Part shown: positions 50,170 through 61,940 of the stretch, in pieces
Numbering within the stretch: the first letter of the stretch is position 1
Layout of the letters: each line of letters begins with the position of its first letter
Source of the DNA: Octopus sinensis
Lineage: Eukaryota
NCBI RefSeq assembly: GCF_006345805.1
Contig: NC_043001.1
Span: 133,362,001 to 133,426,000 of the forward strand
Length of the DNA stretch: 64,000 bases
Direction: 5' to 3'
Position numbers and translations under genes: made by a program
The notes under the pieces: generated by a model
Database searches by the model: none
The model's input: only the letters and a program-made list of their open reading frames with translations
Told to the model about the DNA's origin: nothing

Positions 50170-50220
<51 letters not shown>

Positions 50221-50221
<1 letters not shown>

Positions 50222-50482
50222 TCTTTTATTTGTTTCAGTCATTTGACTGCGGCCTTGCTGGAGCACCGCCTTTAGTCGAGCAAATCGACCCCAGAACTTA
50301 TTCTTTGTAAGCCTAGTACTTATTCTATCGGTTTCTTTTGTCGAACTTCTAAGCTACGGGGACGTAAACGCACCAGCATCGGTTGTCAAGCAATGTTGGG
50401 GGACAAACACAGACACACTAACACACACACACACGCACACAGACACACACAGATATACTGAAAGAAGCCCGTCGTATATATA

Positions 50483-50515
<33 letters not shown>

Positions 50516-50704
50516 CGCGACGGGTTTCTTTCAGTTTCCGTCTACCAAATCCACTCACAAGGTTTTGGTCAGCCCGAGTCTATAGTAGAAGACACTTGCC
50601 CAAGGTGCCACGCAGTGGGACTGAACCCGGAACCATTGGTAAGCAAGCTACTTACCACACAGCCACTCCTGCGCCTATACTTACCACACAGTCACTCCTG
50701 CGCC
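50221..50704 (-). mobile_element. SINE family A with tandemly duplicated head
   Basis: CTTACCACACAG(C/T)CACTCCTGCGCCTATA occurs twice. Confidence 0.9.
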
Positions 50705-51662
50705 TATATATTCTGAGTAAACATATTTTGATGACTAAAATTCAGCAACACAACATAGAACTAAATAGAATGGTTGTTTTGCAAGAATCAGTAACTGAGA
50801 AAATTATTCCAGAGAATTCAGCCTCTCAGAACCCACAAAGGTAATTATAGAAACTCATTAGGGAGTTTTACTATCACTTTAGTAACTTTAATTACGTTTG
50901 AGATAAAAGCAAATACTTTGCAATGGGATGGGTCACAAACTTCTTTTGTTTTGATACAAAGACGTCAACTTCTATCCTTTGGCATTCTACATGTTTAGAG
51001 AGTGAGATTCTGCACTGATTGCAAGTATTAGAATTAACAGTAACACTACTTTCACTTTTGATGTCTGTTATACTATCAGATGCAATGACTGATTTATTAC
51101 ATAGTATTGAAGTGGTGGATTTGTCTTGTAAATGATAGTCAGGAATAGGAGAGCAGAATTTGATCAGATGGGTTGAAAAGGATTGTTATATATATGAATC
51201 GTAGAGCTTGATGCGATTGGGAAAGATAAATATACTGGATACCTCAACAGGGTGAATCTCTTTCGATTTGTGGGTAAAAGAATTTGTAGAACTCGGGCTT
51301 CACATTTTATTTCCCATCCCATAAAATAGTGAAGAGGGTGAGGTTATGCTTATGTAAGAAGTCTATTTCTTTTTTACTGCAATTTATTTTCTTTCTTGAC
51401 ATTACATCCTAAAAATAAAGAATCTTCAAAAACAGATGCTTTGATTTATTACATCAAGATTAAGACATTTTGCTGGCAAAATTTCCAAAAGAGTATATAC
51501 GTTTGAAGAAAATTCTTGACGTAACAAATCATAATACCATTTCCGGCAATAAATAACTGAACTAAAGCAGCAACTAGGTGATGGTTTGTAAAACTCTGAA
51601 ATGAAAGAAGAACAGAATTCTTTCGTACCAACATCCCAAGTCAACTCAGTACACAATTGTCA
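50221..51662. repeat. Copy 1 of an inverted segmental duplication (partner at 56765-60466)
   Basis: 50221-50825 matches 59854-60466 inverted; 51354-51662 matches 56765-57086 inverted. Confidence 0.85.
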
Positions 51663-51777
51663 AGGTGCGGAACCATGTGGTTGGTAAGCAAGCTAATTAC
51701 CACACAGCCATATATTAGAGAGAAAAATTATCATTTCTAAATCTCTGAACGAGAAATATTCAGTAACAGTACTTTAG

Positions 51778-52048
51778 AGTAAAGATTATTTGCCAACATA
51801 ATGTGACAGTCCTGATTAGGACGAATTATTTAGCCCCAGGAAACATCATCTGCAGTTGTCTATCGACGCACTATCTGCATCCGAATATTTTCGAACAAGG
51901 GAGCGTAGCGCCCCCACTCCCTTGTTCGAAAACATAAGAACGCAGATAGTGCATTGGTAGTCAGCTGGAGACGATGTTTCCTGAGGCTAAATGACAATAG
52001 CATTCGTCCTAATCAGGACTGCCACGTTATGTTGGCAAATAATCTTTA

Positions 52049-52051
<3 letters not shown>
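51778..52051. mobile_element. MITE with about 125-bp imperfect TIRs
   Basis: AGTAAAGATTATTTGCCAACATAA..GAACAAGGGAG / CTCCCTTGTTC..TTATGTTGGCAAATAATCTTTACT. Confidence 0.8.
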
Positions 52052-52126
<75 letters not shown>

Positions 52127-52173
52127 GTTTGTGCGTGTGTGTTAGAGGAAAAATCAAAAGCAATGCTTCTGCT

Positions 52174-52514
52174 TCAAGTCATTTAAAATAATTTAATTGG
52201 AGTAAGGTGAATTTGAAGTCTCACAGCTGTTTCTGGGATAACTCTAATGGTTGGTTAGCATGTCCGTGCACTGGGTATTCCATAATCAGAGACAAGGTGT
52301 GAATATTTTAGACGGGGAAAATTTACAGTTTATAAACTGTGAAATTTATTCCTTGTAAACTGTAAATTTTCCCCGTCTAAAATATTCACACCTTGTCTCT
52401 GATGACGGAATACCCGGTGCACGGATATGCTAACCAACCACTTGGGTTATCCTAGAAACCGCTGTAAGACTTCAAATTTATTTAACCCTAATTAAACTAT
52501 ACTAAATGACTTGA
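52174..52514. mobile_element. Foldback (about 160-bp arms, 17-bp spacer) of an HHR-bearing Penelope-type repeat
   Basis: Arms at 52174-52335 and 52353-52514; each holds an HHR motif. Confidence 0.8.
52395..52470 (+). ncRNA. Type I hammerhead motif (core intact, GUA triplet)
   Basis: GTCT-CTGATGA-[GGAATACCC..GGGTTATCC]-GAAAC-CGCT-GTA-AGAC. The mirror copy at 52218-52293 has CTGATTA and GTG. Confidence 0.6.
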
Positions 52515-52555
52515 AATACTCGTTCCGCCTTGGTTTTGATTTTTCCTCTAATAGG

Positions 52556-52938
52556 GGAAGCACTCCGTCGGTTACGACGACGAGGGTTCCGGTTGATCCG
52601 ATCAACAGAACAACCTGCTCGTGAAATTAACGTGTAAGTGGCTGAGCACTCCACAGACACGTGTACCCTTAACGTAGTTCTCGGGGATATTCAGCGTGAC
52701 ACAGAGAGTGACAAGGCCGGCCCTTTGAAATACAGGTACAACAGAAACAGGAAGTAAGGGTGAGAGAAAGTTGTGGTGAAAGAGTACAGCAGGGATCACC
52801 ACCACCCCCTGCCGGAGCCTCGTGGAGCTTTTAGGTGTTTTCGCTCAATAAACACTCACAAAGCCCTGGTCTGGGAATCAAAACCGCAATCCTACAACCG
52901 CGAATCCGCTAACCTAACCACTGGGCCATTGCGCCACC
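52556..52938 (-). mobile_element. SINE family B, full length, 12-bp TSD
   Basis: TTTCCTCTAATA at 52542-52553 and 52942-52953. Confidence 0.9.
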
Positions 52939-53155
52939 ACGTTTCCTCTAATATAGATATATACATGCTATAACGGAACCCTAACACGGATCCCTAGATC
53001 CAGCCTTAGCTGTGACCTTGGAACTTAATAGTCGACCAACTATAGCACTTACTTAGCGTACCTATTCGTTTAGATCAAAGAAAAGTAATTAAAGTGATAA
53101 TTAAAATTTCAGATCATTTCGTGACTTTTGGCCCACACTGTATATAACCAGATAG

Positions 53156-53538
53156 GGAGGCACAATGGCCCAGTGGTTAGGGCAGCGGACTCGCGGTCGT
53201 AGGATCGTGGTTTCGATTCCCAGACCGGGCGTTGTGAGTGTTTATTGAGCGAAAACACCTAAAGCTCCACGAGGCTCCGGCAGGGGATGGTGGTGATCCC
53301 TGCTGTACTCTTTCACCACAACTTTCTCTCACTCCTACTTCCTGTTTCTGTTGTACCTGTATTTCAACGGGCCGGCCTTGTCACTCTCTGTGTCACGCTG
53401 AATATCCCCGAGAACTACGTTAATGGTGCACGTGTCTGTGGAGTGCTCAGCCACTTACACGTTAATTTCACGAGCAGGCTGTTCCGTTGATTCGGATCAA
53501 CCGGAACCCTCGTCGTCGTAACCGACGGAGTGCTTCCA
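53156..53538 (+). mobile_element. SINE family B, full length
   Basis: tRNA head TGGCCCAGTGG / GGTTTCGATTCC. Near-identical to the other B copies. Confidence 0.9.
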
Positions 53539-53584
53539 TATAATCAGATACCTTTTAGGAATCATAGTCTCCATAAAACATATA

Positions 53585-53855
53585 TTCTTTTATTCGTTTA
53601 TTTACTCCAGTCATCTGACCGTGGCCAGGCTGGAACACCGCCTTGAAGGGTTTTAGATGAACAACTCGATCTCAGGATTTATTTTTGTTAAAGCCTAGTA
53701 CTTATTATGTTTTTGTCGAACCGCTGTGTTACGGAGACTTAAACACACCAGCATCGGCTGCCAAGCAGTGATGGGGAGACAAACACAGACACACGCACAC
53801 ATACATATATACATGCATATATACATACATATATATAATATATATATATATATAT

Positions 53856-53924
<69 letters not shown>

Positions 53925-54171
53925 GTGAGGGAAGAAATGGAACTGAACGAAGATTTTACAAAATTCCTTTTTATTATTTTCTACATATGTTTCAAAGGCT
54001 TTTCTACATATATTTATAAATATATAAAACTTCAATTATCCGCACTAAGGCACGGTTGCGATACCCCATGGTCGTAACCTCAACCGTGATTTTTCTGTTG
54101 TGATTTTTGCTACCCAGGTATCGGTTATAATTTGAATAATCCGTAACAAGATAATTCATTTATCCATTTCA

Positions 54172-54202
<31 letters not shown>

Positions 54203-54375
54203 CGCACAAACACGCGCGCGATGAGATTCTTTCAATTTCTGTCTGCCAAATCCACTCACGAGGCTTTGGTCGGCCCGTGGCTATAGTAAAAGACACTCGC
54301 CCAAGGTGCCACGCAGTGGGATTGAACCCAATGCCATGTTGTTTGGAAGCAAACTTCTTACCACACAGCCAAGCA
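53585..54375 (-). mobile_element. SINE family A split by (TA)n and an AT-rich insert
   Basis: Tail half at 53585-53800 and head half at 54225-54375. Confidence 0.65.
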
Positions 54376-54629
54376 CACATTATTTATATAACAGTTTTAG
54401 AATTTCTCCTCGTGACATATCCTATCTTTTAGGCCTTCTTAAAGGACCAAAAATAGGCAAATTCAAGCCCTTAAATTCCCACAGAATGTTAGCACACATC
54501 TCATATGTATTAAGGTAAATTAAAATTTTTTTAGTCGGCGTTGTGAAGCTTCGAATAAATGTAGATAATTGCTGTATTGTTAGTATTTCCGTAGATAGAA
54601 AGATTAGCTTGACCTGGTTTCAAATCTTT

Positions 54630-55503
54630 TCCTGGTATTGCAAAACTTCCGGGACAAGCCTAAAATATTACGCCAATACTTCAAAAAATAATGTTTTCTA
54701 TGTATTAGTTATATTCGAGCACCATCCTCTCCGAAATAGTCCCCTTTCGGAAAGTATGCAACGATCCTAACACGTCGTCTTCAAACCTCAAAAGTAACAT
54801 AGAAATCGTCTTTATGTAGGCCATTCAACAACTCCAGTGATTCCATTTAAATTTCATCTACCGTCTCGAATCGGTGACCCTTCAGTTTTTATTGTATTTC
54901 AGACAACTCAAAGAAGTGACGAGGGGATAGATCATGCGAATACAGAGGTATTTTGTGACGATCACAAGAATGCGGTGGTAGTTCAGGTTTCTTGTGAGAA
55001 TCTCCTTGTAAATTCCATAACTGATTCCAGTTACCGAAGAGGGTTTATAGATTGTTTGACAGCGATCCTCATTGATGAGTTAACGATTTTTTTCACTTTT
55101 TTTTTTATCAGTGTTTCGATAGTGACTGGTCACCTTGAATGCCCGTCATCTTAATCCAGCATTCAATCAGTCTTGACACGCATGTTCCACTCAAAAACCT
55201 GTATTTAACCTTACGAATGCTGCTAATACCCGAAAGAATTATTCTAATGGTCTCTGGAGCCAATTTTTCAAGCTTTATGCAAAATTCAATGACGGCACAT
55301 TACTCGAAATTGTTGGTCTTTGTGAAGAGAGCCGAGCTGTGCTAACACGACATTGCAAAACCTCTGTGAATAATTGGACATGTGTAGATAACATGAAACT
55401 TATTTGCTGACTGACACAGAAAGCTATCACAGATCGCACACATTTCAATTAAATAGTTAAATCACAAAATGTGCAGTCTGGAAATATTCTGATAACAACT
55501 CGA
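54630..55503 (-). pseudogene. Internally deleted mariner element
   Basis: Minus-strand fragments IEFC.KLEK, INEDR..GISYG..EIL and DLSP..F..KLKGHRFETV..DRC..GDYF. Confidence 0.7.
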
Positions 55504-55547
55504 AATTTCCCAACGTCGCATCAATACAAGTTTAAAATTATATTATA

Positions 55548-56060
55548 CTAGCAGTATCGCCCGGCGTTGCTCGGGTTTGTAAGGGAAATAACTATATAAG
55601 CATTTTTAGAGAGTTACTTCCCTTATAGATGCCAATTTGGGCTTTCTTAGCCATTTCTGTTTTGGTGTCTTCAAGCCATGAAGTCGTTGTTCTAAAAGAA
55701 CGCTGGTCTCCTTGACAACGCTTTACAACGTTGATTTCCTTACACTCCTTTCCCCACAGCTTCACGAGGGAGGGAAGAAGGGGGAGAAGCAAACAGGTGC
55801 AGGTGTGACCATGGACGCCAACTCCGCCGCCATCGACACACGAAAAATTATGCATTAAAATGGAATAAAAAATTATGTTAAATTATTTTTAAAATCGTAG
55901 ACTCATCGTAGACGCGCGCTAATAGCCAGAAGGGCTCGATATGAATCACGACTATAAGATACCCGAATTTGGTTAAACTGCATCGCAAAATGTGGGAGTA
56001 GTTAGGAATCTAAATCGAAGGAGACAGACACTCACACAACTACAGTTTTATATATATAGA
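55548..56060 (-). mobile_element. Non-autonomous Helitron H1, long variant
   Basis: Same termini as H1; extra segment shared with 28042-28678. Confidence 0.85.
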
Positions 56061-57086
56061 TATAAATGCTTCTTAATGCTGTGATCGCTTCATTAACTAT
56101 CTTTCAATCAAAACTAATAAATTTTGAAATCCCACCAACTTTTTTGTCGAGGTGGGTTTACATTCACTATGAAACGCTTGAATCCCCAAAATCTTCTAAA
56201 TAAACCAGAAAAGGAGGGAAAATGTCAAAGCCATGTATTTCTATGTAATTCTTTTCCAGGTATACGGCTTGAAATTTGAAATTGATTATAGAAATTTTCT
56301 CATAAGAAGAAACTTAGTAAAAGAAAGGTATCTGAAATTAAACTTTGAATTTGAACCAACATTCAATAAAAACTAATTTGCAATCTCTTCCAGCTTAAAA
56401 ATTGGATGGACATTTTTTTTTCTTTCGGTTCGAGTTTTTATTTAAATTGCAGGCGTCGATTTGATTTCCTCCTTGAATTCTGTGAATAAAAACTTCCTAG
56501 TTTTACTGATTTTAAATTTCCTGTGTAAAAAATATTTGGAATAGCAATTTTTTTTTAGATATTTAACTGGAATTCAAAGATTTCAATGAGTTTGTTACTT
56601 TGATATGCAACCGTTCCATTTCATTTAGCTGTAAAGCACATAAATATAGAATAATTAAGTTAAAGGTCGATATACTGAAAATCGTACGCAAATTTTGGAA
56701 ACAGATGAAGGTATCTATTAAGATAAAATCATCTGTGAAATTCTCATCATCGAACGGTTTCCGCTGACAATTGTGTACTGAGTTGACTTGGGATGTTGGC
56801 ATGAAAGAATTCTGTTCTTTCATTTCAGGGTTTAAAACTTACTAAGTTTTACAAACCATCACCTAGTTGCTGCTTTAGTTCAGTTATTTATTGCCGGAAA
56901 TGGCATTATTTGTTACGTCAAGAATTTTCTTCAAACGTATATACTCTTTTGGAAATTTTGCCTGCAAAATGTCTTAATCTTGATATAATAAAATCAAAGC
57001 ATCTGTTTTTGAAGATTCCTTATTTTTAGGATATAATGTCAAAATTCCAAAGACGAAAGAAAATAAATTGCAGTAAAAACTCTTAC

Positions 57087-59633
57087 GGTATTCCTTTTTG
57101 ATCTCTTTCGACACCCTCTTTGATCTCTTTCGGCACTCTCTTTGATCTCTTTCGGCAGTCTCTTTTATCTCTTTCGGGAATCCAATTTGATATCTTTCGG
57201 CACTCTTTGATCTCTATCGGTACTCCTCTTTGATCTCTTTCGGCACTCTCTTTGTTCTCTTTCGGCACCCTCTTTGATCCCTTTCGGCACACTCTTTGAT
57301 CTCTTTCGGCACGTCCTTTGATCTCTTTCGGGACCCCCTTTGATCTCTTTCGGGACACCCTTTGATCTCTTTCGGCACGTCCTTTGATCTCTTTCGGCAC
57401 CCTCTTTGATCTCTTTCGGGACCCCTTTTGATCACTTTCGGCACGTCCTTTGATCTCTTTCGGTACTCCTCTTTGATCTCTTTCGGGACACTCTTTGATC
57501 TATTTCGGCACGTCCTTTGATCTTTTCGGGACCCCCTTTTGATCTCTTTCGGCACGTCCTTTGATCTTTTTCGGTACTCCTCTTTGATCTCTTTCGGCAC
57601 CCTCTTTGATCTCTTTCGGGACCCCTTTTGATCTCTTTCGGCACGTCCTTTGATCTCTTTCGGTACTCCTCTTTGATCTCTTTCGGCACCCTCTTTGATC
57701 TCTTTCGGCACGCCCTTTGATCTATTTCGGCACGTCTTTGATCTCTTTCGGTACTCCTCTTTGATCTCTTTCGGCACCCTCTTTGATCTCTTTCGGCACG
57801 TCCTTTGATCCCTTTCGGTACTCCTCTTTGATCTCTTTCGGCACCCTCTTTGATCTCTTTCGGCACGTCCTTTGATCTCTTTCGGTACTCCTCTTTGATC
57901 TCTTTCGGCACGTCCTTTGATCTCTTTCGGCAAGCCCTTTGATCTCTTTCGGCACGTCCTTTGATCTTTTTCGGTACTCATCTTTGATCTTTTTCGGCAC
58001 CCTCTTTGATCTCTTTCGGCACGTCATTTGATCTCTTTCGGCACCCTCTTTGATCTCTTTCGGCACGTCCTTTGATCTCTTTCGGTACTCCTCTTTGATC
58101 TCTTTCGGCACCCTCTTTGATCTCTTTCGGCACGTCCTTTGATCTCTTTCGGTACTCCTCTTTGATCTCTTTCGGCACCCTCTTTGATCTCTTTCGGCAC
58201 GTCCTTTGATCTCTTTCGGTACTCCTCTTTGATCTCTTTCGGCACCCTCTTTGATCTCTTTCGGCACGTCCTTTGATCTCTTTCAGTACACCTCTTTGAT
58301 CTCTTTCGGCACCCTCTTTGATCTCTTTCGGCACCCCCTTTGATCTCTTTCGGCACGTCCTTTCATCTCTTTCGGTACGTCCTTTGATCTCTTTCGGCAC
58401 CCTCTTTAATCTCTTTCGGCACGCCCTTTGATCTCTTTCCGCACGTCCTTTGATCTCTTTCGGTACTCCTCCTTGATCTCTTTCGGCACCATCCTTGATC
58501 TCTTTCGGCACGCCCTTTGATCTCTTTCGGCACGTCCTTTGATCTCTTTCGGTACTCCTCTTTGATCTCTTTCGGCACCCTCTTTGATCTCTTTCGGCAC
58601 GTCCTTTGATCTCTTTCGGTACTCCTCTTTGATCTCTTTCGGCACCCTCTTTGATCTCTTTCGGCACGTCCTTTGATCTCTTTCGGTACGTCCTTTGATC
58701 TCTTTCGGTACTCCTCTTTGATCTCTTTCGGCACCCTCTTTAATCTCTTTCGGCACGCCCTTTGTTCTCTCTCGGTACTCCTCTTTGATCTCTTTCGGCA
58801 CCCTCTTTGATCTCTTTCGGCACGTCCTTTGATCTCTTTCGGTACTCCTCTTTGATCTCTTTCGGCACCTTCTTTGATCTCTTTCGGGACCCCCTTTGAT
58901 CTCTTTCGGCACGCCCTTTGAACTATTTCGGCACGTCTTTGATCTCTTTCGGTACTCCTCTTTGATCTCTTTCGGCACCCTCTTTGATCTCTCTCGGTAC
59001 TCCTCTTTGATCTCTTTCGGCACCCTCTTTGATCTCTTTCGGCACGTCCTTTGATCTCTTTCGGTACTCCTCTTTGATCTCTTTCGGCACCCTCTTTGAT
59101 CTATTTCGGCACGTCCTTTGATCTCTTTCAGCAAGCCCTTTGATCTCTTTCGGCACGTCATTTGATCTTTTTCGGTACTCCTCTTTGATCTTTTTCGGCA
59201 CCCTCTTTGATCTCTTTCGGCACGTCCTTTGATCTCTTTCGGCACCTCCTTTGATCTCTTTCGGCACGTCCTTTGATCTCTTTCGGGATGCCCTTTGATC
59301 TCTTTCGGCACGTCCTTTGATCTCTTTCGGCACGGCCTTTGATCTCTTTCGGTACTCCTCTTTGATCTCTTTCGGGACCCCCTTTGATCTCTTTCGGCAC
59401 GTTCTTTGATCTCTTTCGGTACTCCTATTTGATCTCTTTCGGCACCCTCTTTGATCTTTTTCGGGACCCCCTTTGATCTCTTTCGGCACGTCCTTTGATC
59501 TCTTTCGGCACGTCCTTTGATCTCTTTCGGGACCCTCTTTAATCTCTTTCAGCACTCTCTTTGATCTCTATCGGGATTCCATTTTGATCTCTTTCGGGAC
59601 TACCTTTTGATCTCTTTCGGCACCCCCCTTTGA
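57087..59633. repeat. Minisatellite: TTTGATCTCTTTCGG plus a 7-8 nt variable spacer (about 22-23 bp unit)
   Basis: Visible directly. Spacers CACGTCC, TACTCCTC, CACCCTC and GACCCCC. Confidence 0.95.
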
Positions 59634-59778
59634 TAGGGTTAGGTGTTAGGGGTTAGGGTTAGGGTTAGGGTTTAGCTTTAGGGTTTAGGGTTAGGTTTAA
59701 AGTTAGGGTTAGGGTTGGGGTTAGGGCTAGGATTAGGGGTTAGGGTTAGTGTTAGGGGTTAGGGGTTAGGGGTTAGGT

Positions 59779-59813
<35 letters not shown>

Positions 59814-59854
59814 GTTTAGGGTTAGAGTGTTAGGGTTAGGGGTAGGGGTAGGGG
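59634..59854 (+). repeat. Interstitial telomeric (TTAGGG)n tract with variant units
   Basis: Visible directly; about 220 bp. Confidence 0.95.
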
Positions 59855-59982
59855 AGGCTGAATTCTCTCGAATAATTTTCTCAGTTACTGATTCTTGCAA
59901 AACAACCATTCTATTTAGTTCTATGTTGTGTTGCTGAATTTTAGTCATCAAAATAAGTTTGCTCAGAATATATAGGTGCAGA

Positions 59983-60166
59983 AGTGACTGTATGGTAAGT
60001 ATAGTCGCCGGAGTGGCTATGTGGTAAGTATCTTGCTTACCAAACACATGGTTCCGGGTTCAGTCCCACTGCGTGGCACCTTAGGCAAGTGTCTTCTACT
60101 ATAGCCTCGGGCCGACCGAAGCCTTGTGAGTGAATTTGGTAGACGAAAACTGAAAGAGGCCTATCG

Positions 60167-60206
<40 letters not shown>

Positions 60207-60466
60207 CTCGTGTGTGTGTGTGTGAGTGAGTGTGTGTGTGTGTGCATGTGTGTGTGTGTCTGTGTTTGTGTGTCTGTGTTTGTCCCCCCAACATCGCTTG
60301 ACAACCGATGCTGGTGTGTTTACGTCCCCGTCACTTAGCGGTTCGGCAAGAGAAACCGATAGTTAAGTACTAGTCTTACAAAGAATAAGTCCTGGGGTCG
60401 ATTTGCTCGACTGAAGGCGGTGCTCCAGCATGACCGCAATCAAATGACTGAAACAAATTAAAAGAA
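59983..60466 (+). mobile_element. SINE family A with duplicated head (duplicate of 50221-50704)
   Basis: Same double head and shared diagnostic variants. Confidence 0.9.
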
Positions 60467-61533
60467 TTGATATATATATTCATATAATATTCATATAATA
60501 CACATATATATATATATGTAAATTATATATACATACATACATACATACATACATACACATATACATACATACATACATACGTTTGGTGTCTATAAGGCAT
60601 ATTAGCAGTTGATATTGTATATATGTGTACACACATATATGTATATATGTGTGTGTGTAGTATGTATGTATATTTATGAAAGTGTTAACCTCTTTAAACC
60701 ACTTTAAACAACAACAACAACAACACTCCTTTAACCCAGACTCGTCCCTAACATAATTTGTACTTCCAGAACTGTGTATCTACTACGTCGTATTTTAGTT
60801 TGTTTCCCATGATACAGTCAACTTCTTGTAAAAAAATACTTTTTACTTATTTTGTCCTTGGGTTGGGGCGTTGATTACGACTCTGTAGTATCGGAATTTG
60901 TATAACCTCTAATCTTTTGGTCCATGAACCAAAAAAAAATTTCCTTTGCGTTCTGTTATGTGGAAATCTTTCTCATTCTCAATTGAAAACCACAATATTC
61001 ACCCATTTCCTTTTTTTTTTTTTCATCCGGAATCTCTTTCCGCCTTACCTCAGTCAGCAATGACCTTCAGAGGTAAGTTGTAGCATCAAGTACATTTTAT
61101 GAATGAAGACATAGACTATACATGCATCAGACCATTATACGGGTCAGTCCAGGTCAGTCCAGTAACTTCAACTTAGTTTAATGGGAAAGAGAGAAAGAGT
61201 TTAGAGAGAGACCGTGAGAGCACTATTGAAACATATCGCTGACTCGCTCTTCTACAGGAAGTTTGATCAACTTTCATATTGGCTGAACACATTGATTTTG
61301 TTTAACCCATTTCGTCCTGGTTGTCAGCAGTATTATTGAATGGACGCCATAGCATTGCATTTGCGAGACATGAGGGAATAATTCCAATCACTTCTTTATA
61401 AACACATATTTTTACATCTCTGTTGTTACAAAGTGGTTGTAATTGTAACTCTCTAATAAATAATTTGTCTATTTGCAAAACTGTAACACGCAATCGGCTT
61501 TCGTCTAGGACATTTTTATTTTTTAATTTACAT

Positions 61534-61940
61534 AGGCGCGGGAGTGGCTGTGTGGTAAGTAGCTTGCTTACCAACCACATGGTTCTGGGTTCAGTCCCAC
61601 TGCGTGGCATCATGGGCAAGTGTCTTCTGCTATAGCCTTGGGCCAACCAAAGCCTTGTGAGTGGATTTGGTAGACGGAAACTGAAAGAAGCCCGTCGTAT
61701 GAATATATATATATATGTGTGTATGTTTGTGTGTCTGTGTTTGTCCCTCTAGCATTGCTTGACAACTGATGCTGGTGTGTTTACGTCCCCGTCACTTAGC
61801 GGTTCGGTAAAAGAGACCTATAGAATAAGTACTGGGCTTACAAAGAATAAGTCCTGGGGCGATTTGCTCGACTAAAGGCGGTGCTCCAGCATGGCCGCAG
61901 TCAAATGACTGAAACAAGTAAAAGAGTAAAAGAGTAAGAG
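61534..61940 (+). mobile_element. SINE family A, full length
   Basis: Near-identical to 8585-8993. Confidence 0.9.

Noticed and set aside
53156-53230. tRNA genes at SINE heads
   Set aside because: A and B boxes are present but there is no complete cloverleaf or acceptor stem, and they continue into SINE bodies.
57083-59555. Many overlapping K/R/E-rich minus-strand ORFs (up to 301 aa)
   Set aside because: They are open in all three frames because the purine-rich satellite strand rarely forms stops. The 22/23-bp units shift frame constantly, so there is no evidence of coding.
57087-59633. CRISPR-like repeat-spacer array
   Set aside because: Spacers are only 7-8 nt and recur from a small vocabulary. 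The context is eukaryotic and there are no cas genes.
61040-61260. Possible splice donor CAGAG|GTAAGT (about 61071) and acceptor TTCTACAG (about 61257)
   Set aside because: No supporting reading frame or homology; such motifs arise by chance.
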